DNA of 64,000 nucleotides from Alphaproteobacteria bacterium (GTDB lineage: Bacteria; Pseudomonadota; Alphaproteobacteria; Rs-D84), in the NCBI GenBank assembly GCA_017472065.1, contig JAFURB010000007.1, forward strand, positions 64,626-128,625. Direction: 5' to 3'. Shown piece by piece: positions 52,294 through 62,115 of this stretch (its first letter is position 1; the number at the start of each line of letters is the position of its first letter). The notes below the pieces were generated by a model. The model was not told the origin of the DNA and ran no database searches. It saw only the letters and a program-made list of their open reading frames with translations. A program made the translations under genes and the position numbers.

Positions 52294-53505
52294 ATGAAAA
52301 AATTTTTTTTATGGGTTTTGTTTATTTGTTTGTTGGCATCGGCATTTGGATATATTTTATATCGATATAATCGTATGCGTGCGGAAAATCAAAAATATAG
52401 CGCGCCAACAAATATTAATTCGATTGAAATAATCGATGTAAATGAACTGGAATCGCGTGCGGCATCTGTTATTCCGCGTGGTGGTTTTGATTATATCGCA
52501 GGGGGCGCAGAAACAGAACAGACACTGCGTCGTAATATAAGTGCGTTTGATGAAATAGATATTGTGCCGCGTGTTTTGCGTGGTGTGGATAAACCCGATT
52601 TAAGAACATCTGTATTGGGAATAGATATTTCATTGCCGGTGATAATTGCGCCGGCGGCGGCGCATGGGTTGGCGCATATCTCGGCCGAGGCGGGCACCGC
52701 CCGTGCGGCGGCCGAGGTTGATACAATTATGGCAATCAGTAATTATGCCAGTTCCCCGTTGCGTGATATTGCAATTGCAGGTGGTGGGGCGCCACAATGG
52801 TTTCAATTATACCTTAGCAAGGATGATGAATTTAATCGTGAGATTGTACAGCAGGCAGAAAAATTAGGGATGCGTGCGATTGTGTTAACGGTTGATGCGC
52901 CAATTGGTGGCAATAGATTCAGGGATGCCAGAAATAATTTTAAGTTCCCGTTGGAATTGCCAAATGTTGCAAAAAAGTCTGGTGATACAAAAGGCCAGGG
53001 GATAAGTGCGATATTTGCCGCCGCCCAGAACAGTTTTGCATTTGATACAGTTCAATATGTAAAATCAATGACACGGTTGCCGATTATTGTCAAAGGTATT
53101 CAACATCCAGATGATGCAGATGTCGCAATTGCCGCTGGGGCGGATGCAATCTGGGTGTCTAATCATGGTGGTCGGCAATTGGATGGTGCGCCTGCATCGA
53201 TTGAGGTTTTGCCAGAAATTGCCGCGCGTGTAAACAAACGGGTTCCTATTATATTTGACAGTGGTATTCGAAACGGTACGCATATATTCAAGGCGATTGC
53301 CGCCGGTGCAGATGTTGTCGCAATCGGTCGTCCAGTGATTTATGCGCTATCCCTGGGGGGATGGATGGGGGTTGTATCATTGTTTGATTATCTAAAACAA
53401 GATTTATCGCGGGTTATGACACTGGCGGGCGCGCAGACGATCCAGGATATAAAAAACACCCAATTGCGACCGAAATGTATGCTGGTTAGGTGTGCGGAAT
53501 TATAA
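52294..53505 (+). CDS. FMN-dependent alpha-hydroxy-acid oxidase/dehydrogenase (L-lactate oxidase/LldD-like) with N-terminal TM segment
   Basis: Contains WFQLY, VLTVDAP and SNHGGRQLD. The N-terminus MKKFFLWVLFICLLASAFGYILY is hydrophobic. Confidence 0.8.
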   Translation: MKKFFLWVLFICLLASAFGYILYRYNRMRAENQKYSAPTNINSIEIIDVNELESRAASVIPRGGFDYIAGGAETEQTLRRNISAFDEIDIVPRVLRGVDKPDLRTSVLGIDISLPVIIAPAAAHGLAHISAEAGTARAAAEVDTIMAISNYASSPLRDIAIAGGGAPQWFQLYLSKDDEFNREIVQQAEKLGMRAIVLTVDAPIGGNRFRDARNNFKFPLELPNVAKKSGDTKGQGISAIFAAAQNSFAFDTVQYVKSMTRLPIIVKGIQHPDDADVAIAAGADAIWVSNHGGRQLDGAPASIEVLPEIAARVNKRVPIIFDSGIRNGTHIFKAIAAGADVVAIGRPVIYALSLGGWMGVVSLFDYLKQDLSRVMTLAGAQTIQDIKNTQLRPKCMLVRCAEL

Positions 53506-53568
53506 AAACTTGCATTTTGTGTAAAAATGTCTATAATATGCCCCGTTCTGAAAAAGAATTTCAGTTCT

Positions 53569-53644
53569 GGATGCGTAGCTCAGTTGGTAGAGCAACTGAC
53601 TCTTAATCAGTGGGTCCAGGGTTCGAGTCCCTGCGCGTCCACCA
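53569..53644 (+). tRNA. tRNA-Lys (anticodon CUU), CCA encoded
   Basis: Cloverleaf read by eye. The acceptor is ggatgcg/cgcgtcc, the anticodon loop is ct-CTT-aa, the T-arm is cagggttcgagtccctg, and it ends acca. Confidence 0.9.
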
Positions 53645-53648
53645 GAAA

Positions 53649-53676
53649 TAAACGGTCACAGTCGTGGCCGTTTTTA
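53649..53676 (+). terminator. intrinsic terminator after tRNA-Lys
   Basis: aaacggtcacagtcgtggccgttttta. Confidence 0.6.
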
Positions 53677-53804
53677 TATTTCTATTTTTGGATTCTTTCC
53701 CCAGGGATTCATACCTATGCAAATGTTTATATTAGGTTGATAGAATTAGGGTGTTGACATGAAACTAAAATAAAACATAAACACAAAACCTAAAAGGAGA
53801 GAAA

Positions 53805-54416
53805 ATGAAAAAAATAGTTGTATCAACACTGGCGGTGTTATTGGCGTGCCCTGCGTTCGCTATGAATAACCCAAACCAGGGCAGCAGTTGGACAATGTGG
53901 GGGATGGACCCATATGTCGGTTTGCGTGGTGGTGCATCATATACAAATTTGAACTATCGCTATAACGGACAAAAGGAATCTTTGACGGATACTGTATTGC
54001 AGGGCCGCGCAGCGTTGGGTTTAGAAGTTTGTGACAAAATGCGTGCAGAAATCGAATGGACTATGTTCGGTAAACTGGAAGATACAGAAAACTTTGGTAG
54101 CGTTGGCGACGCACAAATCAAAGCGAAAATGCAAACATTATTAATGAACGGATACTGGGAAATTGGACCATATGAAATTGTACGTCCGTTCGTTGGTATG
54201 GGGGCCGGTGTCGCATTTACAGATATTACACGCAGTGGAACATTGGTACCACATCATGGCGACAGCAAGACACGCTTTTCTGCCATGGGTACATTGGGTG
54301 TAACCTTTGATATGAAACGATTCGCAGTTGATTTGGCTGCACGTTATAACTATGTAGATGTTAATTCAGGACTGCATAATTTTGGCGGTGATGTTGGTAT
54401 CCGCTTTATGTTCTAA
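53805..54416 (+). CDS. small outer-membrane beta-barrel protein (Omp25/OmpA-like 8-strand type)
   Basis: 203 aa with the signal peptide LLACPAFA and alternating strands. The C-terminus is GGDVGIRFMF. Confidence 0.6.
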   Translation: MKKIVVSTLAVLLACPAFAMNNPNQGSSWTMWGMDPYVGLRGGASYTNLNYRYNGQKESLTDTVLQGRAALGLEVCDKMRAEIEWTMFGKLEDTENFGSVGDAQIKAKMQTLLMNGYWEIGPYEIVRPFVGMGAGVAFTDITRSGTLVPHHGDSKTRFSAMGTLGVTFDMKRFAVDLAARYNYVDVNSGLHNFGGDVGIRFMF

Positions 54417-54439
54417 GTATGACATTTCGTTCATATGGG

Positions 54440-54466
54440 CGCCGGCAGATTTTGCCGGCGTTTTTT
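54440..54466 (+). terminator. intrinsic terminator
   Basis: cgccggcagattttgccggcgtttttt. Confidence 0.8.
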
Positions 54467-54518
54467 GTGATCGTTATAAAGGAAAATAATAAAGCCCCAC
54501 TGATGTGGGGCATAGTCT

Positions 54519-54878
54519 TTATTTTGTTAATTTTGCCAGGGCTAATTTGCCTAAAAATGCCGATTCGATGTCGCCCAGTAATGACAGGTCGCCTTCGTTC
54601 AGGTCATTGTCATTTTGTAATTTTTCCAGGTATTCAATAATTGTTTCGCACATCTTTACTAAATTTTTATTAATCAATTTTGCATTTAACAGGTCGGGTT
54701 TGAAAATATCTTTTTTGTTCTGCGACATAAAATGCGATTCGGCGATATCATCGACAAATGTATCTATGTCCTGGGTCAGGCGATCGTACAATAAATGTTC
54801 TGAATACGAATCGGTGGACCAATGATTTATCTTTGACGCATATTTGAATGCGACCAGGTGTTGCATTAATGTGTACAT
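54519..54878 (-). CDS. hypothetical protein, weakly Dps/ferritin-like helical
   Basis: 119 aa. LVAFKYASKINHWSTDSYSEHLLYDRLTQDIDTFVDDIAE resembles the first two helices of Dps. A cctcc-complementary SD lies upstream, and a hairpin gccccactgatgtggggc lies downstream at about 54494-54511. Confidence 0.45.
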   Translation of the reverse strand: MYTLMQHLVAFKYASKINHWSTDSYSEHLLYDRLTQDIDTFVDDIAESHFMSQNKKDIFKPDLLNAKLINKNLVKMCETIIEYLEKLQNDNDLNEGDLSLLGDIESAFLGKLALAKLTK

Positions 54879-55072
54879 GTGTTATTCCTCCTTTGGCTTG
54901 TATAGTTTGTGTAATAAAAATATCATTTTTAATTCAGTGAAATAACAGGTGTCTATTCCCACGCTGTACGCATGAAATCCGGCGATTCCTAGGTAATCAA
55001 ACCTGGCGAAAAATGATGAATTTTATTATAAAATGATTTGCGTAACCATAAGGAAACAAAAGGAGACAACTT

Positions 55073-55627
55073 ATGAAAAATGTAATGAAAAAAATGTTTA
55101 TGTTAACATCTGTGTTGGGTATGGCGGTACTGTTGGCGGCATGCGCCGGTGGGTGCCCAGAAAAAAAAGCGCATCATCATAAAAAAGCAGTTTATGCACA
55201 ACCTGTTGAAATGGTTGAATCTGATACGATTGTTGTCTATCAGACATATGAAAATGCGGATATTGATAAAGTATATGCAAAAATGTACACCCGCAGCAGT
55301 CATGGTGGTACATCATACATGGGGCATATCAAATTCCATGATACAGATAATGGTCTGAAAATGGTTGTTGATTTGAAAGATTTGCGCCCGGGTGTGCCAT
55401 ATACAGTTAAGTTGGCCAAGTGTGGTGCGTGTGCATATGGTGAAACAGGATGCTGTAACAAGAAAATGATTAATGTTAATTTGCCAATGCTGGAAACAGG
55501 TGTAAGCCGTAAATTAGACCAGACATACATGATTCAGGGTATGAGTGCCGCACAATTAAATGGTGCAAAAATCTGGCTGGAACGTGATGGTGGTTATAAG
55601 GCTGGATGGGGTAAATTAGAAAAATAA
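55073..55627 (+). CDS. lipoprotein with SodC (Cu/Zn-SOD)-like fold signature but lacking the metal-binding histidines
   Basis: 184 aa with a lipobox LLAAC. GHIKFHDTDNGLKMVVDLKDLRPGVPYTVKLAKCGAC parallels SodC G.V.F....G..V...L.GL.PG.HGFHIHE.G.C. Confidence 0.4.
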   Translation: MKNVMKKMFMLTSVLGMAVLLAACAGGCPEKKAHHHKKAVYAQPVEMVESDTIVVYQTYENADIDKVYAKMYTRSSHGGTSYMGHIKFHDTDNGLKMVVDLKDLRPGVPYTVKLAKCGACAYGETGCCNKKMINVNLPMLETGVSRKLDQTYMIQGMSAAQLNGAKIWLERDGGYKAGWGKLEK

Positions 55628-55645
55628 TTGATTGCGCTACAAACT

Positions 55646-55681
55646 ATAATCCCGATTTTTTCGGGATTATTTTTGTTTTTT
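55646..55681 (+). terminator. intrinsic terminator
   Basis: ataatcccgattttttcgggattatttttgttttttt. Confidence 0.8.
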
Positions 55682-55734
55682 TATTGGGTTTTTTATCCTA
55701 CTGTGATAATGTCCATGTCTGGGGATAAGGTATA

Positions 55735-57216
55735 GTGGACGCGTCTTTTGTAGATATTAATAATGATATGTATGTTTATGCAACATATATGATGGATAAT
55801 TCTATCATGGTTGCAGATGGTGTTGACCTTTATGCACCGAATATTTCCGTATTGGGATCTTATACAATTGAAAACTTTGGAACAATAACGGGTGATATAA
55901 ATGTTTGTGCAGGTTGTCAATTAACAATACATAATATGGGTGTGTTTAATGCCACATTTGATTTAGAGTCCGGCGCATCAATTGTCCAGGTTGTGTCCAG
56001 TTCCACAGATATGCAATCAATTAATTTTAATACAGATTATGATTTGCATGTGATAAATGCAGAAGGATTAAGTTTGTCGGGGATTTTGGCGTTTGGTGCG
56101 GATGCAGATTCAATATTGTTACGCGATTCGTTTGTTGTATGGGATGTCTATGATGTAAATTTAGATAAATTGAACCTGGATGGGAATATTAAAATAAAAA
56201 TCGATAATATTGATGTGTATGCAGATGTGCCAATTTTGTCGGATGTACCAGATAATGTAAATGTTCGCATTATTACCAATGAATCAAATCCGTTATTTGT
56301 GGTTCGTACACATGTCGTGGACAATAATTTATATATGACGCGTGTGCGTGAAACAGATTATACAAAAATATTAAGTAAGGATGTTGGTGCGTTTGTTAAT
56401 TCTTTGCGTGATGATGGGACGGCGACATCATTGACAGGTGCATTGGATAATGCAACAACAATGGGTGCGATAAATAATATTGTTCAAAATTCTGGGCGGT
56501 TGTCACCCATTAATTTAATGAAACCGATTCGTATGTTAAATGATTTTGAAACACTGAATTTTAATCCAGATGTTGGTATTGGGGCAGATTATTTGTTTGC
56601 AGATGAATTTTATGTAACTGGATTAAATCTGACATTGGGAACAGGTACAGATAATTTTAATTTTGGTTTTCGTATGTATTTGGACTATATAATGGCAACA
56701 GATTCGTTTGATGAATTTAGTGCATCTGTTCTTGGGATGACGGCATACGGAGATTATCGTATGCATGATATTGTTGTGCGTGGCGCGTTGGGTGCAAATA
56801 TGTCTGTGTTCGATATGGATAATGTTTTTGATGGTAATGGCGCATCAGATAATCCATATGGATTTTCATGCTATGGTGCCATGGATGTTGGGTATTTGTT
56901 TGATGCTGATAATAATATTTATCTTATGCCGTATGTTGGTGTGGCGACCGAGTATATGAAAATACTGAACGATAATGATAGTGCGTTAACAATGCGTGGC
57001 GGATTAGATATTGGATACAGGTTTAGTGTATTGGGAATTTTATATGACTATTCGGCATATGCAAATATGGATATGGATGGTGATGTTGTGGCCGGGGTTC
57101 GGGTTGGTTTTATGTCCGATATTGATATGATTGGTGGACATGGGGAAATCGGTTTTGTCGATAATGACATAGGGCGGGGATATAAAATCACCGCCGGTAT
57201 AGATTTCAAATTTTAA
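55735..57216 (+). CDS. autotransporter-like outer-membrane protein (C-terminal beta-barrel), no signal peptide detectable; possibly 5'-truncated
   Basis: 493 aa with a GTG start preceded in frame by TAA at 55726-55728. It has a repetitive passenger-like N-half and a C-terminal barrel ending GYKITAGIDFKF. Confidence 0.5.
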   Translation: MDASFVDINNDMYVYATYMMDNSIMVADGVDLYAPNISVLGSYTIENFGTITGDINVCAGCQLTIHNMGVFNATFDLESGASIVQVVSSSTDMQSINFNTDYDLHVINAEGLSLSGILAFGADADSILLRDSFVVWDVYDVNLDKLNLDGNIKIKIDNIDVYADVPILSDVPDNVNVRIITNESNPLFVVRTHVVDNNLYMTRVRETDYTKILSKDVGAFVNSLRDDGTATSLTGALDNATTMGAINNIVQNSGRLSPINLMKPIRMLNDFETLNFNPDVGIGADYLFADEFYVTGLNLTLGTGTDNFNFGFRMYLDYIMATDSFDEFSASVLGMTAYGDYRMHDIVVRGALGANMSVFDMDNVFDGNGASDNPYGFSCYGAMDVGYLFDADNNIYLMPYVGVATEYMKILNDNDSALTMRGGLDIGYRFSVLGILYDYSAYANMDMDGDVVAGVRVGFMSDIDMIGGHGEIGFVDNDIGRGYKITAGIDFKF

Positions 57217-57222
57217 TGATTT

Positions 57223-58533
57223 TTACTTTATAAATTTGCCGCGCAGGGATGCCTTGTTCGCATCGGTAATTTCAATATTGGCCAATGTTGGTATGTCATC
57301 TGTTACGGGGCGCGCAACAATGCATTGTTGCATGTATGGGGTGCGATACAGCAGATTGTGGCCTGTTTTATCGGGTCCTTCGTACAGGCATGATAATGTT
57401 TTTCCAATGCATGATTCATTAAATGACCGCTGAATTTCGTTCAGTGTCGCATCCAGTATCGCCAGGCGCCCTGATTTAATGTTTTCTGGGATTTGATTGG
57501 GCATTATTGCGGCCGTCGTGTGTGGGCGCGGTGAATACTTGAAACAGTATGAATTTATATATCCAATGCGTTTTGCAATATCAACCGTTTGTTCAAAATC
57601 CGAATCGGTTTCGCCGGGAAATCCAACAATAAAATCAGACGATATTTGGATGTCTGCACGCGCATCACGCAATTTATCAATTATGCCAATGTATTGTTCC
57701 AGGTCGTATGGACGATTCATGCGGCGCAATACATCAGGGGCGCCACTTTGAATTGGCATGTTCAAAAATGGTAACAGTTTTGATTCTGTCCGAAACATTT
57801 TAATCAGGTCATCTGTCATTTCTGTTGGATAACTGGATGTGAATCGTATACGCATGATTTCTGGGATTTTTGCCGCTTCACGAATTAAGTCAGAAAGACG
57901 ATATGTATGCCCGTTTTCGTCGGTATATTTATATCCATTTACATTTTGGCCCAGGAAACAAATTTCCACCGCGCCGGTTTTTGCAGCATGAATTGTGTCG
58001 CGAACGCAATCTTCAAATTTGCGTGATATTTCACGGCCACGTGTGTATGGCACAATGCAATATGTGCAACAGTGATTACAGCCTTCTTGGATTGGAATAT
58101 ATGTGACAGTGGGTGATTTTACCATCTGGGGCAGGGAATCGAATTTTTCAAGGCCCCCTAAATCTATATTCAATAATCTTGCATCTGGATTGTTCAGAAT
58201 TTCGGGCAGTTTATGATAGGATTGTGGCCCCAAAACAAAATTCAAATCGGGTACGCGACGAAATGCATCGGCGCCCGATTCGCGCGCAACGCATCCAACA
58301 ATCCCCATCAATGCAGATGGCTTTTTTGCGTGTCTGATACGCCCTAGTGCAGAATAGACTTTGTCTGTTGCCTTGGCGCGGACGGCACATGTGTTCAATA
58401 TAATGATGTCGGCATCAGAAACATCGTCTGTACGCACGAAACCGTGGTGTTCAAGCATTGCCGCAATGCGCCATCCGTCATAGACGTTCATCTGACAACC
58501 AAATGTTTGAATATAGAATTTTTTCATTGGCAT
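57223..58533 (-). CDS. miaB: tRNA-2-methylthio-N6-dimethylallyladenosine synthase MiaB
   Basis: 436 aa with an N-terminal UPF0004 Cys triad (TFGCQMN, NTCAVR), the radical-SAM CNHCCTYC box and a TRAM C-terminus. Confidence 0.92.
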   Translation of the reverse strand: MPMKKFYIQTFGCQMNVYDGWRIAAMLEHHGFVRTDDVSDADIIILNTCAVRAKATDKVYSALGRIRHAKKPSALMGIVGCVARESGADAFRRVPDLNFVLGPQSYHKLPEILNNPDARLLNIDLGGLEKFDSLPQMVKSPTVTYIPIQEGCNHCCTYCIVPYTRGREISRKFEDCVRDTIHAAKTGAVEICFLGQNVNGYKYTDENGHTYRLSDLIREAAKIPEIMRIRFTSSYPTEMTDDLIKMFRTESKLLPFLNMPIQSGAPDVLRRMNRPYDLEQYIGIIDKLRDARADIQISSDFIVGFPGETDSDFEQTVDIAKRIGYINSYCFKYSPRPHTTAAIMPNQIPENIKSGRLAILDATLNEIQRSFNESCIGKTLSCLYEGPDKTGHNLLYRTPYMQQCIVARPVTDDIPTLANIEITDANKASLRGKFIK

Positions 58534-58535
58534 TA

Positions 58536-58718
58536 TTATTTATTTTTAGTGCGTTCACCACGTACTTTGTGTGTTTGTTGTGTTTTGAAGTTTTTATATT
58601 GTTTTTGCGCGTGTACGATGTCTTCGGGTATGGTTGCAACAGGTTGTGTTTTATATGTCGTTCCCAAGATTGGATCTGTTGTTGCAACAATTACGTTTAT
58701 TGTATTTTTTTTAGCCAT
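58536..58718 (-). CDS. small hypothetical protein (60 aa)
   Basis: The ORF fills the gap upstream of miaB and its stop lies 2 nt from the miaB start. It is a basic protein with no recognised motif. Confidence 0.3.
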   Translation of the reverse strand: MAKKNTINVIVATTDPILGTTYKTQPVATIPEDIVHAQKQYKNFKTQQTHKVRGERTKNK

Positions 58719-58737
58719 AATTTACCCCTTTTTTAGT

Positions 58738-58956
58738 TTATATTTTTTTTGTATGTGTGTGTTTGAATTGATGTTGGATTTGGCGATATTTTGCATTGCA
58801 ATTGCGCCATGCGTTTTTGGCCGCGTATTCACGTTCGCGGGCGCGTACCTGGGCGCGCGCTTCGTCTGTTTTCATTTCATTTAAGATATGCAACATTGAA
58901 TACACTTCGACCTCGCTTTGTTTTATTAGTTTCAGTGCAAAATCCCGTATAGTCAT
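58738..58956 (-). CDS. small hypothetical protein (72 aa)
   Basis: It starts 2 nt after the gatB stop. It is helical and basic with no recognised motif. Confidence 0.35.
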   Translation of the reverse strand: MTIRDFALKLIKQSEVEVYSMLHILNEMKTDEARAQVRAREREYAAKNAWRNCNAKYRQIQHQFKHTHTKKI

Positions 58957-58958
58957 TG

Positions 58959-60479
58959 TTATGCCAGTTTGTTTCGCAACATTTCATTTACAACAGCCGG
59001 GTTTGCGGTGCCACCGGTTGCCTTCATGACATTGCCAACAAAGAAACCCAGCAATCCCACCTTGCCAGATTTATATTGTTCAACCTGGGCTGGGTTTTTG
59101 GCGATAACTTCGTCAACGATTGCTTCTATTGCAACTGTGTCGGTCATTTGTTTCATGCCAAATTTATCTGCGATTTCGCGTGGTGTGCCGGATTCGCCGT
59201 CCAGCATTTTGATAAATATTTCCTTGGCCTGTTTGCCGTTAATTGTGTTTTCGCCCAGCATATCAACCAGTTCGGCCAAATCTGATGGCGTAATAATACG
59301 CATTTCATTAACGATGCCTGATTTTTCGTTTTTTACATCCCAGTTTTCAGGGTGTGCGAATAATTCACTTATCATCCAGTTGGCAACCCCCTTGGCACGA
59401 GATGCGTTGTCGGCAACGGCCGTGTCGTACCATTTTGAAATATCCGTTGTTTCGGTCAGGCGCGCCGCATCATATTCAGACAGCCCGAAATCATGTGTAT
59501 AGCGCGCGCGTGTTGCGGATGGTAATTCCGGCATGGTCGCGCGGATGCGTTCGATTGTTTCGTCGTCGATTTCAATTGGTAATAAGTCGGGATCTGGGAA
59601 ATAACGATAATCCAAGGCATCTTCTTTGCTACGCATTACGGATGTTGTGCCATCGCCCTGGTTGTAACGCATTGTATCCTGGGTGACAGTGCCGCCATTT
59701 TCATAAATTTCGATTTGGCGACGGGCCTCGTATTCAATAGCAGATTTGATGAATTTGAAAGAAACCATATTTTTTGTTTCAGTGCGGGTGCGGAATTCTG
59801 TTGAACCCACCGGACGGACAGATACATTTACATCGGCACGCATAGAGCCTTCTTCCATGTTTGCACGTGATACGCCCAAGGCACGTGCAATTTCACGAAT
59901 TTCACGCAGGTAACGTTCCGCTTCGTCTGGGGATGAAATATATGAATTGTTTTCTGGGTTTTTTGTGTCCAGGAAAGTAACAATTTCCAACAGGGCAACA
60001 CCCGTACGGTTATAGTCTGCAAATGATTTTGATGGGTGTACATCGTGCTTTAATTTGCCGGCATCTTGTTCCAAGTGGGCGCGTTCGATGAAAATCTTTT
60101 TAGGATTGCCGTCGTCGCCCATAATTTCAACCCAGCCGCGACCGACAACGGGTGGTTCGTCGGCGGGTTGTGAAATCTGATACCCCTGGGGCAGGTCAGG
60201 GTAAAAATACTGTTTACGTGCAAATCGACTGTGGCGTGAAATTTCTGCATTTATCCCCAGACCGAACTTGATGGCCTGTTCGACGCAATATTCGTTTAAT
60301 ACCGGTAACATACCGGGCATTGCAACGTCAACCATGGAAACCTGGGTATTTGGGGAAACGGTCGGATTATAGTCGGCGGATGCGCCACTAAATAATTTAG
60401 AATTGGACAGTACTTCGATATGTGTTTCAAGTCCAATTACCAGTTCCCAATCACATGTTTTGCCTTTCATTGTAAACAT
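58959..60479 (-). CDS. gatB: Asp-tRNA(Asn)/Glu-tRNA(Gln) amidotransferase subunit B
   Basis: 506 aa containing WELVIGLETHIEL-type N-terminus, ADYNRTGVALLEIV, RADVNVSVRP and a C-terminal YqeY-like tail. Confidence 0.95.
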   Translation of the reverse strand: MFTMKGKTCDWELVIGLETHIEVLSNSKLFSGASADYNPTVSPNTQVSMVDVAMPGMLPVLNEYCVEQAIKFGLGINAEISRHSRFARKQYFYPDLPQGYQISQPADEPPVVGRGWVEIMGDDGNPKKIFIERAHLEQDAGKLKHDVHPSKSFADYNRTGVALLEIVTFLDTKNPENNSYISSPDEAERYLREIREIARALGVSRANMEEGSMRADVNVSVRPVGSTEFRTRTETKNMVSFKFIKSAIEYEARRQIEIYENGGTVTQDTMRYNQGDGTTSVMRSKEDALDYRYFPDPDLLPIEIDDETIERIRATMPELPSATRARYTHDFGLSEYDAARLTETTDISKWYDTAVADNASRAKGVANWMISELFAHPENWDVKNEKSGIVNEMRIITPSDLAELVDMLGENTINGKQAKEIFIKMLDGESGTPREIADKFGMKQMTDTVAIEAIVDEVIAKNPAQVEQYKSGKVGLLGFFVGNVMKATGGTANPAVVNEMLRNKLA

Positions 60480-60534
60480 TTTGTCTTTTTCCCTTGCTTT
60501 TTTGTTTTTAGTATCTTATTATTGACCTCGCGTT

Positions 60535-60610
60535 GGCTAGGTAGCTCAGTTGGTAGAGCAAGGGACTGAAAATCCCTGTGTCGGCGGTTCGATTCCGTCC
60601 CTAGCCACCA
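60535..60610 (+). tRNA. tRNA-Phe (anticodon GAA), CCA encoded
   Basis: The acceptor is ggctagg/cctagcc, the anticodon loop is ct-GAA-aa, the T-arm is ggcggttcgattccgtc, and it ends acca. A hairpin ggccgtttttacggtc + T-run follows at 60623-60646. Confidence 0.9.
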
Positions 60611-60644
60611 CTTCTTTTAAAGCGGCCGTTTTTACGGTCATTTT

Positions 60645-62111
60645 TTATTTCCCCATAATTGTTGTTGGGCGGTTGTCAATTGCGGCCGCGGTTTCAATAT
60701 GTTTCGCCAATTGCAGAACGCGCATGTCGTCAAAACAATTTCCTACAACCTGCATCCCCAGGGGCAGACCGTTTTGTCCCAATCCACATGGGACGCTGCA
60801 TGCTGGTACACCCGCCAGGTTCATCGCAACCGTGAATAAATCCAATGCATAGAATTCCAATGGTGATAATCCAGAATCTAATGGCATTGCCGTGCCGGCA
60901 GATGACGGGCATACAATCAAATCACACTGGGTAAATGCGGTATTAAAACTGTCTGCAATCATGCGACGAACGCGGGCGGCCTGCATAAAGTACACATCGT
61001 ATGATTGACTGCTTAATACGGCGGTGCCGATAATCATGCGACGTTTAACCTCGTCACCGAAACCGGCGGCGCGTGTCTTTTTGAATGTGTCATAGATATC
61101 TTTACCTTCGACACGCAGACCATAACGCATGCCGTCATAACGGGCGAGATTCGATGATGCCTCGGCCGGGGCAATGATATAATATGCCGCCAATGCATCC
61201 AAGATGTTTGGAATTGAAACCTCAACAATTTCGGCGCCCATTGATTTCAGGTCGTTGATGCGTTTTTCAAATAATGTTTTCATATCATCTGAAATTTTAA
61301 CATCGTTAAATTCGCGGATAACGCCAATGCGTAATTTTTTGCCTTCGCCCAGGATTGGTTCCAGTGGTGCGGTGCATGTAAAGCCGTGTTTGCTGCTGGT
61401 TGAATCTTTTGGATCATGACCCGCCATGGCGGACAACATTAATGCAGTATCATCAACCGTGCGTGCAATTGGACCCGGTGTATCAAGGGACGACGCAAAT
61501 GCAACGCATCCCCAACGTGAACACAGACCGTATGTTGGTTTCATGCCAACCAATCCGGTAATCGCAGCCGGAAAACGAATTGAACCACCCGTGTCGGTAC
61601 CGGTCGCCGCAATGGCCAAACCGGATGCGACCGCGGACGTTGAACCGCCCGAAGAACCACCGGCGGTTAAACGATTTTCCATTTGCCATGGATTGATTGG
61701 GGCACCAAAGAAACTGGTCTTGCTGAACGTTCCCATTGCGAATTCGTCCAGGTTGGCCTTGCCCAATAATACAGTGCCGGCGTCAATTAGTTTTTGTGAT
61801 ACAGTTGATTCGTATTCGGGAACAAAGTTTTCCAGCATATGTGATGCCGCCGTTGTGCGGATGCCGCGTGTGGCAAATAAATCCTTCATCGCGATTGGTG
61901 CACCGTCCAAGAATTTTGCATCGCCCGCCGCCCGTCGTGCATCAGATGCGGCTGCATCGGCCATGGCGCGTTCCGGTGTTGTGGTGATATAGCAATTCAA
62001 ATCCGCTCCATATTGTTCAATGCGATCCAGATAGCACCGTGTTAATTCCACGGCGCTAATTTCGCCACTGTTTAATTTCTTTAATGCTTCGGTAAGGGTC
62101 AGGTTTATCAT
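60645..62111 (-). CDS. gatA: Glu-tRNA(Gln) amidotransferase subunit A
   Basis: The start is taken at MINLTLTEALKKL, 4 nt after the gatC stop. The amidase signature is GGSSGGSTSAVASG...GTDTGGSIRFPA. Confidence 0.93.
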   Translation of the reverse strand: MINLTLTEALKKLNSGEISAVELTRCYLDRIEQYGADLNCYITTTPERAMADAAASDARRAAGDAKFLDGAPIAMKDLFATRGIRTTAASHMLENFVPEYESTVSQKLIDAGTVLLGKANLDEFAMGTFSKTSFFGAPINPWQMENRLTAGGSSGGSTSAVASGLAIAATGTDTGGSIRFPAAITGLVGMKPTYGLCSRWGCVAFASSLDTPGPIARTVDDTALMLSAMAGHDPKDSTSSKHGFTCTAPLEPILGEGKKLRIGVIREFNDVKISDDMKTLFEKRINDLKSMGAEIVEVSIPNILDALAAYYIIAPAEASSNLARYDGMRYGLRVEGKDIYDTFKKTRAAGFGDEVKRRMIIGTAVLSSQSYDVYFMQAARVRRMIADSFNTAFTQCDLIVCPSSAGTAMPLDSGLSPLEFYALDLFTVAMNLAGVPACSVPCGLGQNGLPLGMQVVGNCFDDMRVLQLAKHIETAAAIDNRPTTIMGK

Positions 62112-62115
62112 AATT

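Noticed and set aside
53527-53757. 76-aa ORF overlapping tRNA-Lys, and the 100-aa ORF 60550-60852 overlapping tRNA-Phe.
   Set aside because: Both read straight through canonical tRNA cloverleaves, and the second also runs antisense to gatA.
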